NCBI GenBank assembly: GCA_964016885.1
Contig: OZ024748.1
Coordinates: 17,546,001-17,610,000, forward strand
Direction of reading: 5' to 3'
Length of the DNA: 64,000 nucleotides
From: Eledone cirrhosa
Taxonomy: Eukaryota
The notes under the pieces were generated by a model, which was not told where the DNA came from, did not search any database, and saw only the letters and a list, made by a program, of their open reading frames with translations. Of this stretch, positions 14,881-28,500 are shown piece after piece. Position numbers and translations under genes: made by a program. Position 1 is the first letter of the stretch. Every line of letters starts with the position of its first letter.

Positions 14881-15489
14881 AATGGATGCATCTCATTCGT
14901 TATGCCTAGCAACTCATAAAAATTCTGGATTCAAAATTAATCTGCTCGGAAACACATGTTTTTCAAATAGTTTGAACAAAGTGGAAATTGTGTGCTGAAA
15001 ATCGTGAAGGGAATTTTATGAACAGCACTCCATTGCTCGTCTCCCATCACCTCCATCTCCCTCCCTTCCTCAAGCTACAACCAATGAAACAAATACATAT
15101 ACAGCCAGTATCAGGAACAACCCTTTTGATATCAAACCAACTGAAACCTTCCCCGGTTCAATGATACAACCCTGTTAATTTTAAAGTGTTTATATCTATC
15201 TAAAGACCTTCCATTCATCCTGATGTTATGTAAGAACCTTTGTTATGCTATGCTCCAACCACCAGATAAATGAGAAACATTGTTATATTACTAAGTCACT
15301 TTAGATTCTTGATTATTTTCAAAAGGATTTCAAAATCATAGACACAGTCTTTCATTAGACAGAAAGGTTAAAGTATTCATATAAAAACCTTCCATCACAA
15401 TTTTATATAAAGAATGTTTAAGTTAAACCCCAAGCACCAACTTATTGGTGGGGATTTAACAATATAACCAACATTCTCATTATTAAAAT

Positions 15490-16240
15490 GAGGTTAACTT
15501 TGCCTTTCATCCTTACAGGATTGATAAAATAAAGTACCAGTCATGCACTGGGGTCAATTTAATCAAATTCCCCCTCCCACAAAATTGTTGGCCTTGTGCC
15601 TAAATCAGAAACCATTATTAAGTTGGTGTTTGGAGCATCACTTAACAAAGGTTCTTACATAAAATTATGAAGTCAGGTTTTTAGATAAACATTAACAGTC
15701 TTTTACGATCTGAGTTCAAATCCTGCCAAGATTAGCTTTGCATTTCATCCTTACAGTGTCGATAAAATGAAGCCCCAGTAATGCACTGGGGTCGATTTCA
15801 TCGACTTTCCCCTCTCCCCAAATTGCTGGCCTTGTGCCTATAGTAGGAATGATTAATATGTTAGGTAATCCATCTAGAAATCGCTATAACCTATAATATA
15901 TTGGGAAAAATCAAATTCAAATATGGTAAAATTTATCTTCACATATCTAATTATCAAAACAGAATAAGGACTTGGATGAATTCAGGACTATATAAGAAGA
16001 CTAGGTGGGAAAATAGGAGAAGGGGCAAAATTAGTTATAATTAGTTATAAATTCTTTATTATTTTCGAAGTAGATTGGCAGTATTGGTAGGTCAAACGCC
16101 ATGCTTTGCAGCATAGAGTTGCGGCCCTTTACAGTCTGAGTTCAATTCCTGCCGAGGTCAACTTTACCTTTCATCCTAAAATAAAGTACCAGTAATGCAC
16201 TGGTTAATTGCTGGCCTTGTGCCAAATGTAGAAACAATTA
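15490..16240 (+). mobile_element. Three SINE family A-related copies (~15490-15615, ~15700-15850, ~16070-16240)
   Basis: ttgcctttcatccttacag..gataaaataaagtaccag core and ggccttgtgcc tail in each. Confidence 0.75.
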
Positions 16241-16584
16241 TTTTCGAAATCAAAGGCAGTGTCTTTCACTAGAAATATGGTAACAAAAGGGTTAACCTAT
16301 ATTTTCTTACCAAAGATAAATTGTGGAAACAAAATATATGAAAGTTAAAAGAAATGTGAAAAATGTCATAAAATAGTGTTGTAGATCTTCAAATGATTTT
16401 ACTGAAGAAGAGAAAAAAATGGTGAAGCCTGATTTAAAGATTTTTCACAAACATCTTCAGAGAATTTACAATCATCTTAAACCAAGGATGAGTTTGGTTT
16501 GTTTAGAGGATTAAAGTGCCAAATTTTGAACTACATTCAATTTGAATAAGAATTAGAAAACTTGTGTAGTTATATGCATGAAGA

Positions 16585-16854
16585 CATACATATATATAAA
16601 TATATATATATATATGTATGTGTGTGCGTGCATGTTTGTATATATATATATGTGTGTGTGCGTGCATATGTGTATATATATGTTTGTATATATATATATA
16701 TATTTATATTATGTATATGCATATATATAATATGTATGCATATATAAATACGTAAATGTGTATATATATATACGTATATACATATATTATGTATATGCAT
16801 ATGTATATGTGTGTATATATAAATACGTATATGCATATGTATACATGTGTGTGC

Positions 16855-16897
<43 letters not shown>

Positions 16898-16898
16898 C

Positions 16899-16969
<71 letters not shown>

Positions 16970-17006
16970 CATATATATATATACATACATATATATATAT
17001 ACATAC

Positions 17007-17059
<53 letters not shown>

Positions 17060-17463
17060 ATGATGTATATGTATGTATATATAATTATATATATGTTTAT
17101 ATATGTGTACATATATATATATATAAATGTTTATAAATATAAATGTGTGTATATATGTGTATATATATATGTGTGTATATATGTGAATATATGTGTATAT
17201 ATATATGTGTGTGTGTGTGTGTGTGCATATGTAATATGTTTGCATCTATGTACAAACATATATTTATTAGTGTAATGCATATTTAATTATGTATGTATAA
17301 TTGTGTGAGACAGTATCCTCAAATATATGAATACAAGTATTTATACATTATATATGAATATATGTGTGTGTGTGTATATATGTGTGTGTGTGTATATGAG
17401 TTTCTCAAAATCCTTTAATTGCCTTTTCTCTCTCTCTCTCTTTATAGATATATATGTTTATCT

Positions 17464-17539
<76 letters not shown>

Positions 17540-17699
17540 CATAAATATGCATATTACATACATACATATATATATATATAAATATGAATATTACATACAT
17601 ATATATGTATATATACATATTTAGACATATTATATATATATATATAAAAATGTATATTACATACATATATATATACATGTGTGTGTATATATATAAATT

Positions 17700-17753
<54 letters not shown>

Positions 17754-17847
17754 ATATATATATATACACATATTTATATGTGTGTGTGTGTGTGCGTATA
17801 TGTATATATACATATTTATGCATACATATATATATATATATACTGTG

Positions 17848-17920
<73 letters not shown>

Positions 17921-18935
17921 GCAGAAAGAGAGACAGGCTCGCAGAGAGAAAGAGAAAGTTACAAAGGTAGATTAGTTAAGAAGAGAAAATTGTGAAATAT
18001 TAATTTAGATGTAGTTGCTCTGAATTTGGCCTTCTGAACTAAAGAGAGAGAGGGAGAAAGAGAGAGAGAGAGAAAGGTATATATATATAATGAGAGAGAG
18101 AGAGAGAGTGTGAGTGAGTCAATGGGGGAAGAAAAAGCTGGAAGCCTGAGTCAAATTGTTTCCAGTTTCCATAACTAATGTGAACAAGAGACATATACAG
18201 CTGTTTCTTAAACAAACATGAAACAACATTTTAAAGATTAACTAATGAAAATAGCAAAAGATTTATATAGAGTATAGGATACATCACATCACAGGAAGAG
18301 GAGGGGGGGGAGGGGAGGAGGGAGGAAGGGGAGAGATGGTGAAAGGACAGAGAGATGATAGCTGGAAGAGATAAGGTATACAAACATACATACATACATA
18401 CATACATATACACAGGTATGTACACACGTATGTACATACATACATACATACATACACACATACATGCACAGCCATATACACATACATGCACACAGCCATA
18501 TACACATACACACACTTGCACACACACATATACACACTTGCACACACACACACACACACACACATCCACATATACACATATGTACACATACACACACATA
18601 CACAGCCATACATGCACACAGCCATATACACATACACACACACCCACATACACATATACACACACATATACATACACATATACACATATGTACACACATA
18701 CACAGCCATACATGCACACAGCCATATACACATACACACACATACACATACACCTATACAACACTTGCACACACATATGTACACACACACACATATACAC
18801 ACTTGCACACACACACATATACATACATATTTACACATATGTACACACATACACAGCCATACACGCACACAGCCATATACACATACACACACACATCCAC
18901 ATACACACACACTTGCACACAAACACACACAAATA
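16585..18935. repeat. (TA)n, (TG)n, (AG)n and CA-rich compound repeats
   Basis: Direct reading; 18380-18935 is built on cagccatatacacatacac units. Confidence 0.85.
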
Positions 18936-19414
18936 TATATAAAGTTCTTTACATAACCCTGTCACCTACATTAATATAAATGAATTAAAATCCTACATGG
19001 GAATATCTTGATGACCTCATATGAATGAAGCAGATCTAGTCTTGTAAAAGTCATTTCTACATAAATTAAAGATACCTATACTCTACCAACGTATTGAGTA
19101 CCTTTTTTTTACTCTGGTCACCTCTTGATCCTTTTTGGAAATCTAGCTATTATATATGTTGAGATGGCAACATGAATGACCCTATTATTTTTCCCTTAAA
19201 ATTTGTTTTCGTTTCTGCTACCCCCTATCTCCTCAATCTTTCTATTTCTTCAATTTCTCATTCTATTTTCTGATGAAGGACTAGCATCCGGTACATTAAG
19301 ATTCTTTTCCTACTATATCAAGCTTAAAACTAATAATATATTTCTTCATTGTACTGTGGCATTTGCTTTGTTATTTCTGTTTGCTTTTTGCATATATATA
19401 TATATATATAAATA

Positions 19415-19968
19415 AAAATAGACCAAGAGATAAAATGACCTCATCAGTAGTCTGCTGATTATCGTTGGTATTTCGATGCATTAAAGACGAGATACCTAAA
19501 ATCAGTGCGAGCGATAACTCAATTAAGTTATCGGGACAGTGGGAAAACAGAGGGAAGGAAACAAACACATGGTGGTATGCAATGTAAAGAGAGGAAAATA
19601 GAGACAAGTCAATGAATCCTGTCCGACAAATCAAATTGACGAGGAGAAATAGACACGTCCGAGCCACGAGAAGATTGAGAGAGGAAAGAAATTCAAGCAG
19701 GTCAGACGGGAGGAAGTGAGAGGGGAGGAGGGGAGAAGCAGAGAGGGAGTGAGTGAAAGTGTAAGGAAGGGGCCAGCCAAGAGTGAGTGACCAGCAGCGG
19801 GAGTTGAGGAAGGCAAGAGGTGAAGGAGAGAGAAAGGGTGATAGCAGTAAAGTGACAGAAAAAATACGAACCACAGCGAAGGGAAAAAATATGTGAATGA
19901 AGAATGGCGTGCTGCGTTGTTGCGAAAATGAACATATGAGCATTATGGTCCATCTGACTCCTTCGTTA
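19415..19968 (-). mobile_element. Probable non-autonomous Penelope-like element
   Basis: Inserted in (TA)n; minus-strand start aacgaagga..gatggaccataatgc resembles the end of the 57605-57798 element; pyrimidine-rich body; isolated CUGAUGA near 19441-47. Confidence 0.4.
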
Positions 19969-19988
19969 TATATATATACATACACAAT

Positions 19989-20110
19989 GAAGGCGTGTGT
20001 CTGAGTGGTTAGAGAATAGAATTCGCAGTCATAGGTTGTGAGTTCGATTCCTGGACCAGGCGATGCGTTATGTCCTTGAGCAAGACACTTTATTTCACGT
20101 TGCTCCTTCT
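19989..20110 (+). mobile_element. 5' head of SINE family B/C
   Basis: gaaggcgtgtgtctgagtggttagag...gagttcgattcc...ccttgagcaagacactttatttcacg. Confidence 0.7.
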
Positions 20111-20504
20111 ACCTGGAGTTGCGACCGATAGGTAGTATTAGCAATTGGAAAGACCAACGGAAACATTGTTTCCTCGGTCTGATTTGACGAAAGTCGATCG
20201 TTCCTTTAAAATACATACACACATGCATGCATGTACACATAAATTCATATATACATACATAAATTCATACATACACACACAGACACACACATATATATAG
20301 CAAATATATTTTCTATTCCCTTTTATGTAATGTGCATTGAACTTGTATTTTTCTTCAAGGTTACCATTATTCTTACGAGTAATTCTGATAAAAGTGACAT
20401 CTTTATGTAAAGTTACCTTTATTTCTAATTCTAAAGTTTATCTCAACAATGGCATTGCACTATATTTGTTGCCAGAATAAATTATATTTATTTATTTCAT
20501 CTTA

Positions 20505-20785
20505 TGTTCTTGTTGTTGTTGGTGGTGGTGTTGCTGGTGTTGTTGTTGCTGCTGTTGTGTTGTTGGTGGTGGTGTTGCTGGTGTTGTTGTTGCTGCTGTT
20601 GTGTTGTTGTTGTTGGTGGTGGCAATGTTGTTGGTGGTGGTGTTGCTGGTGTTGTTGTTGCTGATGTTGGTGTTGTTGTTGTTGTTGGTGGTGGTGGTGG
20701 CAATGTTGTTGGTGGTGGTGGCGATGTTGTTGGTGGTGGTGGTGATGTTGTTTAGGTGGTGGTTGTTGTTGTAGTGATGGTGATT

Positions 20786-20880
<95 letters not shown>

Positions 20881-21122
20881 GGTGGTGGCATTGATGTTGT
20901 TGTCGGTGTTGTTGTTGTTGCTGTTGTGTTGGTGGTGGTGGTGGTGGTGGTAATGGTGATATTGTTGCTGTTGTTGGTGATGGTGTTGTTGTCGTCGTCG
21001 CCGTCGCCGCCGCCGCTGCTGCTGCTGCTGCTGCTGCTGGTGATGGTGGTGGTGGTGGTGGTGGTGGTGTTGCTGATGGTGGTGGTGGTGGTGATGGTGG
21101 TGGTGGTGGTGTTGCTGGTGGT

Positions 21123-21155
<33 letters not shown>

Positions 21156-22085
21156 GGTGATGGTGGTGGTGATGGTGGTGGTGGTGGTGGTGGTGGTATC
21201 TTCTTCTAATCCCATTTAATGCCACTAAACAAGATACAAAATGTTACTTGATTCTGCTGAATTCATGAATATTGGGGAGATAGCATTGTAGCTGTTGTTG
21301 TTGTCTTGTTATTGGTGGAGGTGGTGGTGGTGGTGGTGTTTTTATTGGTAGTGGTGGTGGTGGTGGTGGCGGTTGTGGTGTTTTTATTGGTGGTGGTGAA
21401 GTTGTTATTGCTGGTGGTGGTGGTGTTGTTATTGGTGGTGGTGGTGGTGTTGGTGTTGTTATTGGTGGTGGTTGTGGTGTTTTTATTGGTGGTGGTGAAG
21501 TTGTTATTGCTGGTGGTGGTTGTGTTGTTATTGGTGGTGGTGGTGGTGTTATTGGTGGTGGTGGTGTTATTGGTGGTGGTGGTGGTGTTGTTATTGGTGG
21601 TGGTGGTGGTGTTGTTATTGGTGGTGGTGGTGAAGTTGTTATTGGTGGTGGTGGTGTTGTTATTGGTGGTGGTGGTGTTGTTATTGCTGGTGGTGGTTGT
21701 GTTGTTATTGGTGGTGGTGGTGTTGTTATTGGTAGTGGTGATAGTGTTGTTATTGGTGGTGGTGGTGGTGTTGTTATTGGTGGTGCTGGTGGTGTTGTTA
21801 TTGGTGGTGGTGGTGTTGTTATTGGTGGTTGTGGTGTTTTTATTGGTGGTGGTGGTGGTGAAGTTGTTATTGCTGGTGGTGGTGTTGTTATTGGTAGTGG
21901 TGGTGTTGTTATTGGTAGTGGTGGTAGTGTTGTTGTTGCTACTGTTATTGATGCTGTTGTTGTTACTGTTGTTGTTGCTACTGTTATTGATGTTGTTGTG
22001 GCTAATGTTGTTGTTGTTGATATTGTAGCTGTTTCTACTGTTATTGATGCTGTTGTTGTTGTTGTTACTGTTGTTGTTATTGATA
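20505..22085. repeat. (GTT)n/(GGT)n trinucleotide arrays including a (ggtggtggtgttgttatt)n minisatellite
   Basis: Direct reading. Confidence 0.92.
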
Positions 22086-22569
22086 TTCTAGTTGCTGAGA
22101 TCCAGGTTAGTTCTCTGCCAGTAAACCTATAACCAGATACACACAGCCATAACCATCTCATTTCATGTTTTTGTCATTGACTTCTTTTTGTGGGAGAAAT
22201 AGTGAATATATGACCAGCGCACTGTTTTTTATTGAAGATATATGGTTTGATGAATCTTGGTTGTCTTGGAGTCTAACAATTAGTTGATGTGTAACTTCAT
22301 GGCATGGTCCCTCCATAAGTTGTGTAGGTTTTTCTCACTTCACTCCCTTTCTCACCCTTCTATCTTAGAATATCTTCAAACATTCCAGGCTCTCCTCTTC
22401 TTCATCATCTGCTCACTACTGAACCATATAAAAACATAACATTTGACCCTGTATCTGGCAGTTTCACTGCTAAACAACTGATTTCTTATCAATCATGTTT
22501 CAGAATTGAGGGCTTACTTTCTAAAATTGAACATACATGCCACTGTAAACAAGTCAACAAAGAAAAGAT

Positions 22570-25500
22570 ATAGTGTACCAGAGACTGGAATATATACTGT
22601 ATTTTAAAGAACTGTAGCTAGAACTGAATACACTGTGTGTTTTAAAGAAGTGTTCCAGGTCTTAAATACACTGTATATATTAAAGAAGTGTTCCAGGGCT
22701 TAAATACACTGTATATTTTAAAGAAGTGTTCCAGCGCTTAAATACACTGTGTGTTTTAAAGAAGTTTTCCAGGGCTTAAATACACTGTATATTTTAAAGA
22801 AGTGTTCCAGCGCTTAAATACACTGTGTGTTTTAAAGAAGTGTTCCAGCGCTTAAATACACTGTGTGTTTTAAAGAAGTGTTCCAAGGCTTAAATACACT
22901 GTATATTTTAAAGAAGTGTTCCAGGGCTTAAATACACTGTATATATTAAAGAATTGTTCCAGAGCTTAAAGACACTGTATATTTTAAAGAAGTGTTCCAG
23001 GGCTTAAATACACTGTATATTTTAAAAAAGTGTTCCAGGGCTTAAATACGCTGTATATTTTAAAGAAGTGTTCCAGGGCTTAAATACACTGTGTGTTTTA
23101 AAGAAGTGTTCCAGGGCTTAAATACACTGTGTGTTTTAAAGAAGTGTTCCAGGTCTTAAATACACTGTATATTTGAAAGAAGTGTTCCAGGGCTTAAATA
23201 CACTGTATATTTTAAAGAAGTGTTCCAGGGCTTAAATACACTGTATATATTAAAGAAGTGTTCGAGAGCTTAAATACACTGTATATTTTAAAGAAGTGTT
23301 CCAAGGCTTAAATACACTGAATATTTTAAAGAAGTGTTCCAGGGCTTAAATACACTATATATTTTAAAGAAGTGTTCGAAGGCTTAAATACACTGTATAT
23401 TTTAAAGAAGTGTTCCAGGTCTTAAATACACTGTATATTTTAAAGAAGTGTTCGAAGGCTTAAATACACTGTATATTTTAAAGAAGTGTTCCAGGTCTTA
23501 AATACACTGTATATTTTAAAGAACTGTTCGAAGGCTTAAATACACTGTATATTTTAAAGAAGTGTTCCAGGGCTTAAATACACTGTGTGTTTTAAAGAAG
23601 TGTTCCAGGGCTTAAATACACTGTATATATTAAAGAAGTGCTCCAAGGCTTAAATACACTGTATATTTTAAAGAAGTGTTCCAGGGCTTAAATACACTGT
23701 GTGTTTTAAAGAAGTGTTCCAGGGCTTAAATACACTGTATATTTTAAAGAAGTGTTCCAGGGCTTAAATACACTGTATATATTAAAGAAGTGTTCCAGAG
23801 CTTAAATACACTGTATATTTTAAAGAAGTGTTCCAAGGCTTAAATACACTGTATATTTTAAAGAAGTGTTCCAGGGCTTAAATACACTGTGTGTTTTAAA
23901 GAAGTGTTCCAGGGCTTAAATACACTGTATATATTAAAGAAGTGCTCCAAGGCTTAAATACACTGTATATTTTAAAGAAGTGTTCCAGGGCTTAAATACA
24001 CTGTGTGTTTTAAAGAAGTGTTCCAGGGCTTAAATACACTGTATATTTTAAAGAAGTGTTCCAGGGCTTAAATACACTGTATATATTAAAGAAGTGTTCC
24101 AGAGCTTAAATACACTGTATATTTTAAAGAAGTGTTCCAAGGCTTAAATACACTGTATATTTTAAAGAAGTGTTCCAGGGCTTAAATACACTGTATATTT
24201 TAAAGAAGTGTTCGAAGGCTTAAATACACTGTATATTTTAAAGAAGTGTTCCAGGTCTTAAATACACTGTATATTTTAAAGAAGTGTTCGAAGGCTTAAA
24301 TACACTGTATATTTTAAAGAAGTGTTCCAGGGCTTAAATACACTGTATATTTTAAAGAAGTGTTCCAGGTCTTAAATACACTGTATATTTTAAAGAAGTG
24401 TTCGAAGGCTTAAATACACTGTATATTTTAAAGAAGTGTTCCAGGGCTTAACTACACTGTATATTTTAAAGAAGTGTTCGAAGGCTTAAATACACTGTAT
24501 ATTTTAAAGAAGTGTTCCAGGTCTTAAATACACTGTATATTTTAAAGAAGTGTTCGAAGGCTTAAATACACTGTATATTTTAAAGAAGTGTTCCCGGGCT
24601 TAAATACACTGTATATTTTAAAGAAGTGTTCCAGCGCTTAAATACACTGTATATTTTAAAGAAGTGTTCGAAGGCTTAAATACACTGTATATTTTAAAGA
24701 AGTGTTCCAGGGCTTAAATACACTGTATATTTTAAAGAAGTGTTCCAGGGCTTAAATACACTGTATATTTTAAAGAAGTGTTCGAAGGCTTAAATACACT
24801 GTATATTTTAAAGAAGTGTTCCAGGTCTTAAATACACTGTATATTTGAAAGAAGTGTTCCAGGGCTTAAATACACTGTATATTTTAAAGAAGTGTTCCAG
24901 GGCTTAAATACACTGTATATATTAAAGAAGTGTTCGAGAGCTTAAATACACTGTATATTTTAAAGAAGTGTTCCAAGGCTTAAATACACTGAATATTTTA
25001 AAGAAGTGTTCCAGGGCTTAAATACACTATATATTTTAAAGAAGTGTTCGAAGGCTTAAATACACTGTATATTTTAAAGAAGTGTTCCAGGTCTTAAATA
25101 CACTGTATATTTTAAAGAAGTGTTCGAAGGCTTAAATACACTGTATATTTTAAAGAAGTGTTCCAGGTCTTAAATACACTGTATATTTTAAAGAACTGTT
25201 CGAAGGCTTAAATACACTGTATATTTTAAAGAAGTGTTCCAGGGCTTAAATACACTGTGTGTTTTAAAGAAGTGTTCCAGGGCTTAAATACACTGTATAT
25301 ATTAAAGAAGTGCTCCAAGGCTTAAATACACTGTATATTTTAAAGAAGTGTTCCAGGGCTTAAATACACTGTGTGTTTTAAAGAAGTGTTCCAGGGCTTA
25401 AATACACTGTATATTTTAAAGAAGTGTTCCAGGGCTTAAATACACTGTATATATTAAAGAAGTGTTCCAGAGCTTAAATACACTGTATATTTTAAAGAAG

Positions 25501-28500
25501 TGTTCCAAGGCTTAAATACACTGTATATTTTAAAGAAGTGTTCCAGGGCTTAAATACACTGTGTGTTTTAAAGAAGTGTTCCAGGGCTTAAATACACTGT
25601 ATATATTAAAGAAGTGCTCCAAGGCTTAAATACACTGTATATTTTAAAGAAGTGTTCCAGGGCTTAAATACACTGTGTGTTTTAAAGAAGTGTTCCAGGG
25701 CTTAAATACACTGTATATTTTAAAGAAGTGTTCCAGGGCTTAAATACACTGTATATATTAAAGAAGTGTTCCAGAGCTTAAATACACTGTATATTTTAAA
25801 GAAGTGTTCCAAGGCTTAAATACACTGTATATTTTAAAGAAGTGTTCCAGGGCTTAAATACACTGTATATTTTAAAGAAGTGTTCGAAGGCTTAAATACA
25901 CTGTATATTTTAAAGAAGTGTTCCAGGTCTTAAATACACTGTATATTTTAAAGAAGTGTTCGAAGGCTTAAATACACTGTATATTTTAAAGAAGTGTTCC
26001 AGGGCTTAAATACACTGTATATTTTAAAGAAGTGTTCCAGGTCTTAAATACACTGTATATTTTAAAGAAGTGTTCGAAGGCTTAAATACACTGTATATTT
26101 TAAAGAAGTGTTCCAGGGCTTAACTACACTGTATATTTTAAAGAAGTGTTCGAAGGCTTAAATACACTGTATATTTTAAAGAAGTGTTCCAGGTCTTAAA
26201 TACACTGTATATTTTAAAGAAGTGTTCGAAGGCTTAAATACACTGTATATTTTAAAGAAGTGTTCCCGGGCTTAAATACACTGTATATTTTAAAGAAGTG
26301 TTCCAGCGCTTAAATACACTGTATATTTTAAAGAAGTGTTCGAAGGCTTAAATACACTGTATATTTTAAAGAAGTGTTCCAGGGCTTAAATACACTGTAT
26401 ATTTTAAAGAAGTGTTCCAGGGCTTAAATACACTGTATATTTTAAAGAAGTGTTCGAAGGCTTAAATACACTGTATATTTTAAAGAAGTGTTCCAGGTCT
26501 TAAATACGCTGTATATTTTAAAGAAGTGTTCGAAGGCTTAAATACACTGTATAGTTTAAAGAAGTGTTCCAGGGCTTAAATACACTGTGTGTTTTAAAGA
26601 AGTGTTCCAGGGCTTAAATACACTGTATATATTAAAGAAGTGCTCCAAGGCTTAAATACACTGTATATTTTAAAGAAGTGTTCCAGGGCTTAAATACACT
26701 GTATATTTTAAAGAAGTGTTCGAAGGCTTAAATACACTGTATATATTAAAGAATTGTTCCAGAGCTTAAAGACACTGTATATTTTAAAGAATTGTTCCAG
26801 GGCTTAAATACGCTGTATATTTTAAAGAAGTGTTCCAGGGCTTAAATACACTGTGTGTTTTAAAGAAGTGTTCCAGGGCTTAAATACACTGTGTGTTTTA
26901 AAGAAGTGTTCCAGGTCTTAAATACACTGTATATTTGAAAGAAGTGTTCCAGGGCTTAAATACACTGTATATTTGAAAGAAGTGTTCCAGGGCTTAAATA
27001 CACTGTATATATTAAAGAAGTGTTCCAGAGCTTAAATACACTGTATATTTTAAAGAAGTGTTCCAAGGCTTAAATACACTGTATATTTTAAAGAAGTGTT
27101 CCAGGGCTTAAATACACTGTATATTTTAAAGAAGTGTTCGAAGGCTTAAATACACTGTATATTTTAAAGAAGTGTTCCAGGTCTTAAACACACTGTATAT
27201 TTTAAAAAGTGTTCGAAGGCTTAAATACACTGTATATTTTAAAGAAGTGTTCCAGGTCTTAAATACACTGTATATTTTAAAGAAGTGTTCGAAGGCTTAA
27301 ATACACTGTATATTTTAAAGAAGTGTTCCAGGGCTTAAATACACTGTGTGTTTTAAAGAAGTGTTCCAGGGCTTAAATACACTGTATATATTAAAGAAGT
27401 GCTCCAAGGCTTAAATACACTGTATATTTTAAAGAAGTGTTCCAGGGCTTAAATACGCTGTATATTTTAAAGAAGTGTTCCAGGGCTTAAATACACTGTG
27501 TGTTTTAAAGAAGTGTTCCAGGGCTTAAATACACTGTGTGTTTTAAAGAAGTGTTCCAGGTCTTAAATACACTGTATATTTGAAAGAAGTGTTCCAGGGC
27601 TTAAATACACTGTATATTTGAAAGAAGTGTTCCAGGGCTTAAATACACTGTATATATTAAAGAAGTGTTCCAGAGCTTAAATACACTGTATATTTTAAAG
27701 AAGTGTTCCAAGGCTTAAATACACTGTATATTTTAAAGAAGTGTTCCAGGTCTTAAACACACTGTATATTTTAAAAAGTGTTCGAAGGCTTAAATACACT
27801 GTATATTTTAAAGAAGTGTTCCAGGTCTTAAATACACTGTATATTTTAAAGAAGTGTTCGAAGGCTTAAATACACTGTATATTTTAAAGAAGTGTTCCAG
27901 GGCTTAAATACACTGTGTGTTTTAAAGAAGTGTTCCAGGGCTTAAATACACTGTATATATTAAAGAAGTGCTCCAAGGCTTAAATACACTGTATATTTTA
28001 AAGAAGTGTTCCAGGGCTTAAATACACTGTGTGTTTTAAAGAAGTGTTCCAGGGCTTAAATACACTGTATATTTTAAAGAAGTGTTCCAGGGCTTAAATA
28101 CACTGTATATATTAAAGAAGTGTTCCAGAGCTTAAATACACTGTATATTTTAAAGAAGTGTTCCAAGGCTTAAATACACTGTATATTTTAAAGAAGTGTT
28201 CGAAGGCTTAAATACACTGTATATTTTAAAGAAGTGTTCCAGGTCTTAAATACACTGTATATTTTAAAGAAGTGTTCGAAGGCTTAAATACACTGTATAT
28301 TTTAAAGAAGTGTTCCAGGTCTTAAATACACTGTATATTTTAAAGAAGTGTTCCAGGGCTTAAATACACTGTATATTTTAAAGAAGTGTTCCAGGTCTTA
28401 AATACACTGTATATTTTAAAGAAGTGTTCGAAGGCTTAAATACTCTGTATATTTTAAAGAAGTGTTCCAGGGCTTAAATACACTGTATATTTTAAAGAAG

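Noticed and set aside
19264-19302. Hammerhead motif (CUGAUGA aggactagcatcc GGUA cat UA aga)
   Set aside because: The GAAA box is mutated; at most a dead relic.
21244-22161. 305-aa Pro/Thr-rich mucin- or extensin-like ORF
   Set aside because: Entirely GGT/GTT trinucleotide repeat, open on both strands, with no convincing signal peptide or domain.
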